Shown piece by piece: positions 16,201-30,300 of a stretch of 64,000 nt of DNA. The stretch lies in NCBI RefSeq assembly GCF_009914755.1, contig NC_060940.1. One strand, written 5' to 3'. Position numbers and translations under genes: made by a program. Below the pieces are notes generated by a model. It saw nothing but the letters and a program-made list of their open reading frames with translations. It searched no databases and was not told where the DNA came from. The stretch is from the human T2T-CHM13v2.0 reference genome, Homo sapiens. Within the stretch, counting starts at the first letter, position 1. The number at the start of each line of letters is the position of its first letter.

Positions 16201-19200
16201 CTTCTCAGAGACTCTTAAAATGTAGAAAGCCCCACTTTGCATTCTTGAGCAATGGCCCTCTTTAATTTTATCAGATAGTTTCACCATTAATATTTACATC
16301 TCCACTAAAAAGAAAAAGCCGCAATTCTCCCAAAACACATGCTTGGCCTAGATTCACCCAGGCAGGGACAATTCCATCTAGAAGTTGCTGTCATACAGTT
16401 GGACCCAAATGGGAACAGTGGAAAAGCAGAAGGAAACTGCTGGGTGGGTGTGGGGCAGTGGCAAGTGAAATTTCTGTAGCAACACGGGAGAATATCGATG
16501 TATTCTACGTATGCTCTTGACTGCATATTCAACAAGAAATCATTAAACACCTTCAATGGGCCAAGCACAGGTGAATGCAACAGTGAACAAAATCCAGCAC
16601 CTGCCCCCGCAGAGCTCAAGGTCTGGTAGAGAGCCTGTTAAGTCCACAGCCCATCATGACCCACGATGAGAAGAGCAATACTAGGGGAAGTACAGCACTT
16701 GGAAGTTGAGGGGAGGACTACGGTCACGGAAGATGTGTGGAGGAAGTGATGCTAAACTAGGGCACGGGCAGAAAGAATTAGCTCGTGCAGGTAACACTCT
16801 GAGTTCAGGGAATTGGAAGAAGTTTGATGAGAGCAGAAGAGTTAAGTCAGGAATTGAATTAACCCAGTAAAGGAGTGTAGGTCCGAAGCCACTTCTATGC
16901 GGCATTTGCATGCATTTTGGAGGGAACATAGTTTCCTAAGAGTCTGTTGCAGCTGGAGAAAGAGACCATTTCAAATGAGAGTGGAACCAGGATCAAGTCA
17001 CGATGCGCAGCAATGTTTGATAAAGTTAGTTTTCCCCCTGTTACTTCTCTTCCCCTTGTTCTCTGGGATTGTATATGCTGTTAGATGACTCTCTGCTTCT
17101 TTAATGGTAGATTTCTAAATATTTTGGCCCCAGGTGGAAAATATGGTTGGAACCACAAAGTCTTCATTTGTATCACACCCCATAGCTTTGCCTATTCTTG
17201 TGATTAAGATCCTTTGGAAGTTGGCATCTCCAATCCACATCTTTAGCTTCCTGTCAACATGAATTCATCTTCTTCTTCTTGTCCTGTCCATTCATGAGTA
17301 TTCATCTTCTTTTTCCTGTCCTGTTGCCATTCCACCTTCCACAAAGGGGACCAGAGGTCTCCTGTGGGCTTACTTGCAGAGTCAAAAGAGAACTTAGAAG
17401 CTATTGGGTTCCCTTTCATTCTTTGGGAGCCTCTGTACAAGGCTTCTCTTGGCAGACCCAGTCCTGGACTACAGAAGAGGCGTGAGTGCCAAATATTACT
17501 GTGTTTGACTTGACTAAGCTTCTGTTTAGTTTCTTACTGACATTTTCAGGCACATATATTACTAATTTTAAGCAAGCAAGTTTCATGAAAGTTTGAGCAT
17601 AAGGAATTGATGGAGTAGGCTCTAGAACTCTTTTTACACATATTGAATAATTTTTGGGGACTGGAGTACATTTAAAAAATTTACAGAATGTTTATGGGTT
17701 CATAGTAGGTGTATGTATTTATGGGATGCATGAGATATTTTGATAATAAGCATCCAATGCATGAGAATCACATCAGGGTAGATGAAGTATCCATCACCTC
17801 AAGCATTTATGATTTCTTTGTGTTACAAACATTCCAATTATACTCTTTTAGTTATTTTAAAATGTACAATAAATTATTATTGTCTGTAGTCATCCTGTTG
17901 TGCTATCAAATACTAGATTTCATTCATTCTATCTAACTATATTTCTATACCCATTAACCATCCCCACTCCATCCCCAGTCTCCCACGACCCTTCTCATCC
18001 TCTGTTAACCATCGCTCTACTCTCTTATCTCCGTGAGTTCAACTGTTTTAATTTTTAGCTCCCACCAATGAGTGAGAAGATGCAAAATTTGTCTTTCTGC
18101 ACCGGGTATATTTCAGTTAATATAATGTCCTTAAATTCCATCTGTGTTGTTGCAAATGACAAGATCTCATTCTTTTTTTATGGCTGAATAGTACTCCATT
18201 GTGTATATGTACCACATTTTCCTTATCCATTATCTTCTGATAGACACTTAGGTTTCTCTGAAATCGTGGCTATTGTGAATAATGCTGCAATAAACATGGG
18301 AGTGCAGATATCTCTTCAATACACTGATGTCTTTTCTTTTGGGTATATACCTAGTAGTGGGATTGCTAGATCATATGGTAATTCTACTTTTATTTTTTTG
18401 AGAAATCTCCATACTGTTCTTCTTAGTGGCTGTACTAATTTACATTTCTACCAATGCCATATGAGGGTTCCCCTTTCTCCACATCCTTGCCAGCATTTGT
18501 TGTTGCCTGTCTTTTGGATAAAAGTCATTTTAACTGGGGTGAGATGATATCTCATTGTAGTTTTGATTTGCATTTGTCTGATGATCAATGATGTTGAGCA
18601 TATTTTCATAGACCTGTTGGCCATTTGTATGTCTTCTTTTGAGAAATGTCTATTCAGATCTTTTGCCCATTTTAGAAATTGGATTGTTGGATTTTTCCTG
18701 TTGAGTTGTTTGAGCTTCTTATATATTCTGGTTATTAATCCCTTGTGAGATGGACAGTTTGCAAATATTTTTTCCTTTGTTTTGTGGCCTAACGTATGAT
18801 CTGTCCTTGAGAATGCTGAGGAAAAGAATGTGTATTCTGCAGCCGTTGGATGAAATGTTCTGTAATTATTATCAGATCCAGTTGGTCTACAGTGCAGATT
18901 AAGTCCAATGTTTCTTTGTTGGTTTTCTGTCTGAATGATCTGCCCAATGTTGGGAGTGGGCTCTTGAAGGCTCCAGCTATTAGTGTATTGGTATCTGTCT
19001 CTCTCCTTAGCTCTAATAATATTTGCTTTATATATCTGAGTGCTCCAGTGTTGGGTGCATATATATTTACAATTGTTATATCCTCTTGCTGAATTGACCC
19101 CTTTATCCTTGTATAATGACCTTCTTTGTCTCTTTTTATAGTTTTTGTCTTGAAATCTATTTTATCTAAGTATAGCTACTCTTGCTCTTTTCTGGTTTCC

Positions 19201-21011
19201 ATTGGCTTGAATATCTGTTTCCATTCCTTTATTTTCAGTCTATATGTGTCTTTATAGGTGAAGTATGTTTCTTGTAGGCAACAGTTCGTTGGGGCCTTTT
19301 TTCAATCCATTCAGCCACTCTATGCATTTTGATTGCAGAATTAAGTTTATTTACATTCAATATTATAATTGATAAGTAAGGACATACTCCTGCCTTTTTG
19401 CTGTTTGTTTTCTGTTTGTTTTGTTGTCTTTCTTTTTTTTTTCTGTCCTGTCTTCTTTTTTGGGAAGATGATTTTCTCTGGTGATTTGTTTTAATTTCTT
19501 GCTTTTTATTTTTTGTGTATCTGTTGTAGGTTTTTTGATTTGAGGTCACCATGAGGCTTGTAAGTAACATCATGTTATCTATTATTTTAAACTGTTGATA
19601 ACACTGATTGCAAAAAAAGGACAAATAAACTAACAAAAAGAAAACTAATAAAAACTCTACACTTTAATTTTACCCCTCCACTTTTTGTTTTTGCTATTTA
19701 TATCTTACTCTACTGTCTATGTCTCGAAAAGTTGTTGTTATTATTTTTGATAGGTTCATCTTTTGTCTTTCTACTCAAGAAATAAGTAGTTTACACATCA
19801 CAATTATAGTGTTATAATATTATGTGTTTTTGTACTTACTATTAGCAGTAAGTTTTGTACCTTCAGATGATTTCTTACTGTTCATTAATGTCCTTTTCTT
19901 CCATATTGAAGAACTCCCTTTAATATTTTTTCTAGGACAGGTCTGGTGTTGATGAAATCCCTCAGCTTTTGTTTGTCTGGGAAAGACTTTATTTCTCTTT
20001 CATGTTTGAAGGATGTTTTTGCTGAGTATACTATTCTAGAATAAAAGGTTTTTTTCCCTTTAGCACTTTAAATACATCATGCCACTCTCTCCTGGCCTGT
20101 AAGGTTCACACTGAAAAGTCTGCTGCCAGATGTATTGGAGCTCAACTGTATGTTGTTTGTTTCTTTGCTCTTGCTGCTTTTAGGATCCTTTTTTAAATCC
20201 TTGACATTTGGGAATTTGATTATTAAATGCCTTAAGGTGGTCTTCTTTGGGTTAAATCTACTTGGTGTTCTGTAACCCTCTTGTACTTGAATATTGATAG
20301 CTTTCTCTAGGTTTGAAAAGTTCTCTGTTATTTTACCTTTGAATAAACTTTCCACCTTGATCTCCCTCTCTCTACCTCCTCTTTGAGGCCAGTAACTCTT
20401 AGATTTGCCCTTTTGAGGCTATTTTCTAGATTTTGTAGACATATTTTATTCTTTTTCTATTGTTTCCTCTGACTATTTTCAAATAGCCTGTCTTCAAGTT
20501 CACCAATTCTTTCTTCTGCTTGATCAGTTCTGCTGTTGAGAGTTTCTGATGCATTCTTCAGTATGCCAGTTGCATTTTTCAGCTCTATAATTCTGCTTGA
20601 TTTTAAAAAATTTCAATCTCTTTGTCAAATTTATCTGATGGGATTCTGAATTCCTTCTCTGTGTTACCATTAATTTCATTGAGCTTCCTCAAAACACAGA
20701 AACTTTTGAATTTTCTGTTTGAAAATTCACATATCTCTGTCATGCTGGGATTGGTCACTTGTGCCTTATTTAGTTCATTTGGTGAGATCATGTTTTCCTG
20801 GACAGTGTTAATGCTTATGGATATTCATTGATATCCTGGCATTGAAGAGTTTGGTATTTATTGCAGTCTTTGCAGTCTGGGCTTGTTTGTATCCGTCCTT
20901 CTTGGGAAGGCCTTAAAGTACACAAAGGGAATTGAGTATTGTGATCTAAATCTTTGGTCACTGCAGTTGTATCTGCATTAGAAGGCACCCTAAGCCCAGT
21001 AACACCGTGAC

Positions 21012-22188
21012 TTTTTTTTTTTTTATTGATCATTCTTGGGTGTTTCTCAGAGAGGGTGATGTGGCAGGGTCATACGATAATAGTGGAGAGAAGGTCAGCA
21101 GATAAACACGTGAACAAAGGTCTCTGGTTTTCCTAGGCAGAGGTGCCTGTGGCCTTCCACAGTGTTTGTGTCCCTGGGTACTTGAGATTAGGGAGTGGTG
21201 ATGACTCTTAACGAGCATGCTGCCTGCAAGCATCTGTTTGGCAAAGCACATCTTGCACCGCCCGTAATCCGTTTAACCCTGAGATGACACAGCACATGTT
21301 TCAGAGAGCACAGGGTTGGGGGTAAGGTTATAGATTAACAGCATCCCAAGGCAGAAGAATTTTTCTTAGTACAGAACAAAAGGGTGTCTCCTATGTCTAC
21401 TTCTTTCTACACAGACACAGTAACAATCTGATCTCTCTTTCTTTTCCCCACGTTTCCCCCTTTTGTTTTTGACAAAACCGCCATCGTCATCATGGCCCGT
21501 TCTCGATGGTTGCTGTCTCTTCGGAGCTGTTGGGTACACTTCCGAGACGGGGCAGCCTGGCAGAGGCGCTTCTCACTTCCCAGACAGGGCGGCCGGGCAG
21601 AGGAGCTCCTCACTTCCCAGATGGGGCGGCCGGGCAGAGGCGCACCTCACTTCCCAGACGGGGTGGCGGTCGGGGAGAGGCGCTCCTCACCTCCCAGATG
21701 ATGGGTGGCCGGGCAGAGGCACTCCCCACCTCCCAGATGGGGCGGCCGGGCAGAGGCGCTCCTCACCTCCCAGATGGGGCGGCCGGGCAGAGACGCCCCT
21801 CACCTCCCAGATGGGGCGGCCGGGCAGAGGCACCCACTTCCCAGACAGGGCAGCTGGGCAGAGGCGCTCCCCACCTCCCAGACGAAGGGCGGCTGGGCAG
21901 AGGTGCTCCTCACCTCCCAGATGGGGCGGCCGGGCAGAGGCACCCACTTCCCAGACAGGGCAGCTGGGCAGAGGCACTCCCCACCTCCCAGACGAAGGGC
22001 GGCCGGGCAGAGGCACCCCTCACTTCCCAGTCGGGGCGGCCCGGCAGAGGCGCCCCTCACCTCCCAGATGGGGCGGCCGGGCAGAGGCGCCCCTCACCTC
22101 CCAGACGGGGTGGCCAGGCAGAGGCGCCCCTCACCTCCCAGGGGGAGTGGCTGGGCAGAGGCGCCCCTCGCCTCCCAGACAGGGCAGC
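21012..22188 (-). mobile_element. SVA retrotransposon, old (SVA_A-like), 5'-truncated within the VNTR
   Basis: PolyT and tttattgatcattcttgggtgtttctc start; SINE-R to ~21535; GC-rich ~37-40 bp VNTR to 22188; no Alu-like domain or CCCTCT hexamers. Confidence 0.95.
21536..22188. repeat. SVA VNTR
   Basis: Unit ~cacctcccagatggggcggccgggcagaggcgctcct, with a 110-bp higher-order duplication. Confidence 0.95.
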
Positions 22189-23277
22189 AACACAATGGCT
22201 CTTGTAGAGTTTTAGAAGTACTGCCTTGGTCATCTTGGGTAAGATCTGAGAGAATTCCTTGGATTACCAGGAAGAGACTCTTGTTCCTTTCCTTTACTTT
22301 CCCCCCAAACAAACAGGGTCTCTCTCTGCTGAGCTGTCTGGAGCTGGGAGAGGGGTGACACAAGCACTCCTGTGACCACCACCACTGGGGCTGTGCTGGG
22401 TCATACCTGAAAACAACATAGCACTGGGTCTCACCCAAGGTCTGTGGTGACTACTGCCTGGCTACTGCTGATGTTCACTCAAGGCCCAAGGGCTTTTCAG
22501 TCAGCAGGTGGTGAGTCCAGCCAGGCCTGTGTCCTTTCTTTTAGGGAGGTGAGCTCCTCTGCTGGCCCACAGCAGGTCCAGGAATGCTGTCCAGGAGCCA
22601 GGGCTTGGAGTTGGGAACCTTAGGAATCTACCTGGTGCTTTATTCCACTGTGGCTGAGCTGGCACCCAGGCCATAAGATAAAGCCCTTCCCACTCTTCCC
22701 TCTTCTTTCCTTAAGCAGAAGGACTCCCCTTGGCCACCACTGCCCCAGGCTCCTGGTGAGTACTGCCTGACTACCACCATTGTTCAATCAAGGCCCAAGG
22801 GCCCTTCAGTCAGCTTGTGGTGAATGCTGTCAGGCCTAGGTCTCTCCTTTCAGGACAGTGGGCTCCTCCCTGGCCTAGGGCCAGGTCCAGAAATGCCATC
22901 AAAGACAAAGCCTGGAAATGGGGACTCCAATAGCTTGCTTGGTGTTCTACCACACCGTGGCCACGCTGGTGCCCAAGTTACAAGACCAAGTCCCCTTTAT
23001 TCTCTCTTCTCCTTTGCTCAAGCAGAAGGAGTCTCTACCCATGGCCACCAAAGCTGGGAATGTGGTGAGTCACACCTGAAGCCAGCATGGCCCTGGATCG
23101 CATCCAAGTCCCGTGGCAAGTACCTGGCTTGCCTGGCTACCGTTGCTGATTATGCCGGGGCCATGGGCCCTTTAGTCAGCAGGTGATGAATCCTGTTAGG
23201 ATTGTATCCTTCCCTTCAAGGCAGCAGGTTCCCTTCTGGCCCAGGGTGTGTCTAGAAATGTTGTCTAGGAGCTAGGG

Positions 23278-23437
23278 CCTAAAATAGGGGCCTCAGGACT
23301 CTGCCCAGTGTCCTATCCTACTGTGGCTGAGCTGGTATTCAAGTTGAAAGACAAGGTCCTAAAATAGGGGCCTCAGGACTCTGCCCAGTGTCCTGTCCTA
23401 CTGTGGCTGAGCTGGTGTTGAAGTTGTAAGACACGGT
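23278..23437. repeat. 80-bp tandem duplication in the L1 5' region
   Basis: cctaaaataggggcctcaggactc...gaca(a/c)ggt twice; 5 mismatches by hand count. Confidence 0.93.
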
Positions 23438-26094
23438 CCTCTTTGTCTCCCAGCTGGTATCTCACTAGGTCACATATACCCCAAGTGCACTGGCTCTGAG
23501 CCCAGCATAGCACCAGGACTTGCCCAGGAATTGCAGTCCTTGTGGCCTGGACTTCCTTTCAAGTCTGTGTAGGAACCTAGAGCCCTTTAGCCAGCAGTAG
23601 TGGGGCTAGCTGGAACTGAAGTCCTGGCTGCTGTGATGGACAATGTGTCTCTGGCTAGGGTTGATCTAAATCCTTCCTCTGGGGGCACTGGCTGAGTTCT
23701 GCCCTGTGTTGCTCTTCATGGTGACAGGACAGCACTGAGTTCCAATGCACAGCCCCACAATCACTGCACTCTGTCTTCCCCAAACACACAAATCTTCTCT
23801 CCACACCACAGTGCAGCTGCTGGGGGTTGGGAGAGGAGTGGTGTAAGCAATTTGAGAATGTCTTTTCTACCCTCTTCAGTGTCTCTTTCCTTAATATGAT
23901 GTGAAAACCAGGTATTGTGATAGCTCCCTTGTTTTTGGTTTTAATGAAGATGCTTTCTTGTGTGGATAATTGTTCAATTTGGTGTTTCATTGGGAGGTTG
24001 GAGGGTGGGGAATGGTCACTGGGGACTTCTATTTGTCCATATTGCTCCCTGGAGCACATTTTTACATGATGGTCATTACTGGAAAAATGTAATATGGCAG
24101 CCCACCTCCAGTAGTGCTATTTTTATAAAAGTGAAAAAATAGAGCTGAACTTCAAAATTTGAAAATTGAGTGCCAGGAGATTATGTAGTCTGGAAGATAA
24201 TTCTGTTGCCTGAAGAAGATAATTCTTGCCTGGCAAGAGAGAAAAAGGGAGCTTAGAATTCATGCAAAGTGTGCTGCAAAGCTCTGGACAGTTTTAAAAA
24301 GTCACCCGTTTTATTAGCATCCACAAAAAGTCTTGAACCTGGCCACCCACAGCACTTTAAAAAAATGTTAAGTTGGGTATTTTTTTTCTCCAGGACAAAT
24401 ATATTTATAATTTTATAAGAAAGTCAATGAAGAAGTTAGATTTTCTTTTCATATCACTTTCCTGAAATATATCTACTTGCAAAGGCAACGAGATGCCTGT
24501 TTTGGAGATGAATAAAAATCAGTTACTCCAAAGTCAAAATGACTGAAATTGTCTAAAGTAGTGTCTTTTGCTCGTCACTTCTTCTCCAAGCTGTTCTGGA
24601 GACCCCGTGTGGGTACCAGGGCAGACTTCAAGGAGACATCCCATTGTGAACATGAAGGAAACATCTGGTTGCGTTTGGAGATCAACTACTAAAAATTCCT
24701 CCATATGTCAAGGCCAGTCACCTGCCCTGGAAACTCATCAGACTTCTCTTCAATAACACACCAACTTGAAGCGTGCACTTGACAACTCCTGAAATTCTAC
24801 TACTGGTGCAAGAAATAAGAACCAGAAGGAAACTGAGACCTTCATCTCTGGTGTCTCTGGGTAGATAGGATGCAGTTCTGAAAATCAGATATTTGGTCTC
24901 AGGTGTTGCTCTATGTTTCTCATAGCTCCCTTTTTAGAGTTCAAGTAGAGTTTGATGATATTACTGTGAGCTAAAGAGCCTCATTGGGTTTTTGGCATCA
25001 TCTTCAGCTACAATTCCACTGTCCAGTGGCTGCTAACTATTTGGGTACTGTACATAACAACTTAGACACACCATCACATTTAAATGCACATTACCCCAAA
25101 GGATTAGGTGCTGGTGTTACTTTCGCAATACAGATGAGAGAACTGAGGCACTAAGAGATTAAAACAAATCCTCCATTTCCTCTGTGAATTACTGGTGCAG
25201 TTGGAATTAGCACTAATTTGTTTGACTTTAGGGTGTGCACTGTTTTTTAAAAACAAGAATAGTAACTTTATCTTTTTTTGTAAAAGTGATACATGTGTAT
25301 TACAGAAAATTCAAGCCACCAAAGGAGGACACAGAAGAATGGAAAATAATCTACCTTATTTCACGCTCTCCAGAAAGCCATACTTAATATTTAGTGACTA
25401 TCATTCAGGACATCTTTCTATACATATATGCAGACATAAGAACAGAGAGGTCAGGGCAAAAATAGATGGGAATTATTTTAAAAACTGCATGCATACTCTT
25501 CATATTATTATTAATAAAATAATTAATTTAAATTTTGCCTGGAGAAAATTAAATGGTAATAAAATTTGAAGAAACTGTTAAAGTTTAGATAACAACGTAT
25601 TTACCATAACTGCTGCTCATTCTAAAGTTATTCCTTTAAAGTTGAGGGAAAAATTATGAAATCATTTAGAGGCTAGAATCTGTTTTTTAGTAATTTGTTT
25701 CAAAGTTTAGCCTTCACTTGATTTTCTTTTCTATAAAATTTGAAGAAATTATGTGTTCACATTTCTTTTGTCTATCATTCTCAACTGGGACTTGGTTCTG
25801 TAACCAGAATTCTCACGGTTATTTAGTCTCAATTTTTTATTTAAATGACTCAATGCTTTCCCCAGGCTTGTCCTGTGTGGAATTCTTTTGATTCATTCTT
25901 ATTTCAGCACATTTCATTGTCAAGTATTTTCTTCAAGATGAGGTCAGGAGTAGTGTTATCCTCTGAGTTCTTGCCTGCTTGAGGTTTTGTGTGTGACTTT
26001 TTAAAACAGTATTTTATTGAAATGTAATTTTAGTACATAGAATGCACAAGTACAATGTGCATAACTTTTTTTGGTTGTGGGGGGAGCTTTTGTC

Positions 26095-27750
26095 AAACTG
26101 CTTTATTGAGATACAGTTGACATAAAATAAACATATATTTAAAGTGTACCATGTGATAAATTTTGCTGTATGTTTACACCAAAAGTCATAACTGCATGAA
26201 GACAGTGAACATATCCATCACCCTCAAAGGCCGCCTTGTACCCCTGGTAATTCCTCTTTTTCATTTTCTCAGTTCCCCTCTTTCCTGGCAACTACTAATT
26301 TATTTTCTGTCACTTTAGGTTATTTTAAAATTTCTAGAGTTTTATATAAACGGAATCAGAGGGTCAGTATTCCATTTTTTTCTGTCTTCTTTCATTCAGC
26401 ATAATTATTTTGAGATTCACCCATACTGCAGTATGTATTGATAGTTAATTCCTTTTTATCGCTGAGTAGTATTCCATTGTAATGGATGTACCAGCGTTTG
26501 TTTATTGGTTTACCTGCCGATGACATCTACACTGTTTATAATTTTGGGCTATTACAAATAAAACTGCTACTAATATTTGTGTGCAAGCTTTGTATTGACA
26601 TGCTTCATTTGTTTTGGTTAAATACCAAGGTGTGCAATGGCTGAATCATTGGTGATTGATTTTTAGAGAAACTGACAAACTGCTTTTCAAAGTTGTAGCA
26701 TTTTAAACTCCTACCAGTGGTGTATGAAAGTTTGTTTCTCTACATTTCTTGCAAATCCTTGGTATTGTCAGGCTCTTTAACATTAGCTATTCTAATAGAA
26801 GTATAGTGGTATCTCATGGTTTTAATCTGCATTTCCCTAATGAGTAAAGATATTGGGCATCTTTTCATGTGCTTATATGCATTTGTGGTATCTTCTTTAT
26901 TGGTGTCTGTTTAAATGTTGATATGGTTACGCTTTGTCTTCCCACCCAGATTTAATCTTGAATTGTAATCCCCATAATCCCCATAATCCTTAATTGTCAA
27001 GAGAGAGACCAGGTGGAGGTAATTGAATCATGGGGGCAGTTTCCCCCATGCTCTTCTCTCGAAAGTGAGTGAGTCTCACAAGATCTGATGGTTTTATAAG
27101 GGGTTCCTCCCCCTTGGCTCAGCACTTACCCTTCCTGCCGCCCTGTGAAGAGGTGCCTTCCACCATGATTGTAACTTTCCTGAGGACTCCCAAGCCATGC
27201 AGAACTGTGAGTAAATTTAACCTCTTTTCCTGCATTACCCGGTCTTAGGCAGTTCTTCATAGCAGTGTGAGAATGGACTAATACAAATGTTTTGCTTATT
27301 TTAAAAAGTGTGTGTTTTTTTCTTAGTTTTGGGATTTGAGAGTTCCTTATATAATCTGGGCACAAGTCCTTGATTAGATATCTGTTTTGCAAATATTTTC
27401 TCCTAGTCTATGGCTTTTGTTTTTAATTTTTTTTTAGGGGGAAGAAGGAGAGGAGAGAGCCTGTTTTAATTTCTTTTAACAGTGTCTTTTGAAAAGGCAA
27501 CATCTTAAAATTTGACTAAGTACAATTAATGCATTTTTTTTCTTTTATGACTCATGCTTTCAGTATCATATCTAAAAAATCTTTGCCCAACCCAAGGTTA
27601 CAAATATTTTATCTTGTGTTTTCTCCTGGAAATTGTATAGTTTAAGGTTTTACACTTAGGTCTGTGGTTCATTTTAAGTTGGTTTTTGTGTATGGTGTGA
27701 GGTATGAATCAAAGTTTATTTTTCTTGCATCCGGCTACCCAGTTTTTCTG
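26095..27750 (-). mobile_element. L1MC/MD-type 3' end and ORF2 fragment (interrupted by THE1)
   Basis: ctttattgagata...gctgagtagtattccattgt...tttgcaaatattttctcc. Confidence 0.8.
26919..27285 (+). mobile_element. THE1C/D-like solo LTR
   Basis: tgatatggtt...ggactaataca; 5-bp TSD aatgt. Confidence 0.92.
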
Positions 27751-27929
27751 TAAATGTCAGTTAAGTCAAGTTGATTGATGGCACTGTTCAAGTGTTCTAC
27801 ATGTTTGGTAATTTCTTGTTTATTTGTTATATTAATTATTGAAAGAATCTCTGACTGTAATTGTGGATTTTCTATTTCTCCTGGCAGTTCTATCAGTTTT
27901 TGTTTTATATATATTTTGATATTTTGAGC

Positions 27930-28229
27930 TTTTATTTATTTTTTTTGAGATGGAGTCTCGCACTGTCACCCAGACTGGAGTACAGTGACATGATCTCAGC
28001 TCACTACAACCTCTGCCTCCTGTGTTCAAGTGATTCTCCTTCCCTCAGCTACCCGAGTAGTTGGGATTACAGGCACCCACTATCATGCCCAGATAATTTT
28101 TGTATTTTTGGTAGATATGGGGTTTCACCATGTTGGCCAGTCTGATCCCAAACTCTGGACCCCAAGCAACCCACCTCCCTCGGCCTCCCAAATTGCTGGG
28201 ATTACAGGTGTGAGCCACCATGCCTAGCC
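27930..28229 (-). mobile_element. Alu (old S/J)
   Basis: Full antisense dimer within L1 sequence. Confidence 0.9.
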
Positions 28230-29952
28230 TTCAGTTTTGTTTTATGTGGTGAAACTTTAGTATTGTTATGTCCTCTTGATGAATTGATCTCTTTATGAGA
28301 TAAACTTCTTTCTTTTTGGTAATATGTTTTGCTTTGAGATCTACATTATATGATATTAATATAGTCACTCTAGCTCTTTTTTGATGAGTATTAGCATGGT
28401 ATGTCTTTTTCCGTTCTTGTACTTTTATATTTAAAGTCTGTTTTTTTATAGGGAGCATATAATTTGTGTGCCAGACATCATGAATTTTGTCTTATTGGGT
28501 GATGGATATTCCTCCTGGTCCTATGTGATCACCAAGTACTGTTTCCTCTAATCTTTTTGGATGATTCTTTCTCTAGCCTTGGTTAGTCTCTTCACGATAA
28601 TGTGCTAAACAATATTTTGCAGACTACTTGAACGGTAGCCTCCATTTTCCTGAATGTATGGTGTCTACCCCACCCCTGCTTTTAGGATTTTTCTCATTCT
28701 CTTTGGTTTTCAGCAGGATGACTATGATGCACTTAGATGTGATTTTAACTATACTTTTTCTCCTTTAAGTTTATGTTTCCTACCAACTAAAAATATTTCA
28801 TACCCTTCAATATTTTTTTCTATCCCATTTCCCTGCTCCTCTTCTGAGACTCCAAATTGTGCTGGATCATTTGATCTTGACCCAGGGCTCTCTAACATTC
28901 TGCTATAAAAATTCCTTTTCTCTCTTTGCCTCAGTTTGGATAATTCCTATTGACCACTCTTCAAATTCACTAATTCTTTCTTTCACTATGTCCAATATAC
29001 TGTTAAGCCTATTCAATTAATTTTCCATTTCAGGTATTGTATTTTTCAGCTCTAGAATTTCCATTTGATTCTAATTTTAGAGGTCACATTATTCTTTTGG
29101 ATTTTTTCCCATATTTTCACCCATATTAATATTTTCTTTCAGTTTCTTTCACATACTTTATAATAGTTATTTCAAATTCCATGTCCACTAATCAGCTGTG
29201 TCATCTCTTGGTCTGTATTTAGTCACATGTTTTTTTGTTGATTTTTAAATTTCACAATCTCCTACTTTTTAACATATTCTGCTATTTTTATCATATGCCA
29301 GAATTTTCATGTAAGAACTAGAAACTGAAGTTGATAATATTTTTTTTCCCAGAAATGGCTCGAATTTTTCTCTTTCAGACAGCTAGCGTAAGGGTTACTT
29401 TCTTCAGTCTGATCAGAAGTTGGACTGATTGGGGCTGGTTTACTGTTTTAGTTTGTTTTGGCTTGCATCTGGTCTTAATGTCTTGAAGGTGAGACCAGGC
29501 CTCTCCCTCCAGCAGATATTTGTGATTTAAGAACTGCAAGACTGCAAGATCTACTTCTGCTTTTCAGCCAAGCCCCCACCTTCTTCTACCATTTCTTAAC
29601 TTGGAAAATGTCCAATGGGTGGGAGAATTGGTGTGGGGGAGAACTAGCTCTGGCTTCTGGCTCCAACAGATTCTAATCCTCATGCCTGCCCACATACAGA
29701 TTTTAAAGTTTTGGCAGGTTTCTCGTCCCATCAAAGTTCTCTTTTACCTCCCAGACTTCATTTCCAGTCACATTGTTTTACAAGTAGCTTTTAGCACTGT
29801 GACATTTTATCTTGCATTCCTTTGCTGCTACATAAACTTTTCTTTGAACTTTTATTGTTTTGTTTCTGATATTAAGAGATCTCTTATGCCCATGATTTCT
29901 TTGTGGTTATGGAGAACTCATCTTTTTCTTGGTTGATTCCTCTTGCAATTAA

Positions 29953-30278
<326 letters not shown>

Positions 30279-30300
30279 GCCATATATATATATATATATG

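Larger units (their letters stand above)
17674..24048 (-). mobile_element. L1MA2/3-like LINE-1 with both ends, large ORF2 deletion and SVA insertion
   Basis: L1MA 3' UTR at 17.7 kb; EN remnants 18.8-19.4 kb; ORF1 remnant (IQVQEGYRTPSRFNPK, 20077-20355); repetitive L1M1-type 5' region; TSD ctggag(t/c)acattt at 17661-17673 and 24049-24061. Confidence 0.88.

Noticed and set aside
19235-20791. ORFs resembling L1 ORF1p and the endonuclease
   Set aside because: Frameshifted, stop-riddled fossils of the L1MA; not functional CDS
21536-22188. CRISPR-like periodicity of ~37 bp
   Set aside because: Contiguous tandem units with no unique spacers; this is the SVA VNTR in primate DNA
21463-22358. Long overlapping ORFs (250, 233, 217 aa)
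   Set aside because: They arise from the stop-poor GC-rich SVA VNTR read antisense in all three frames; not genes
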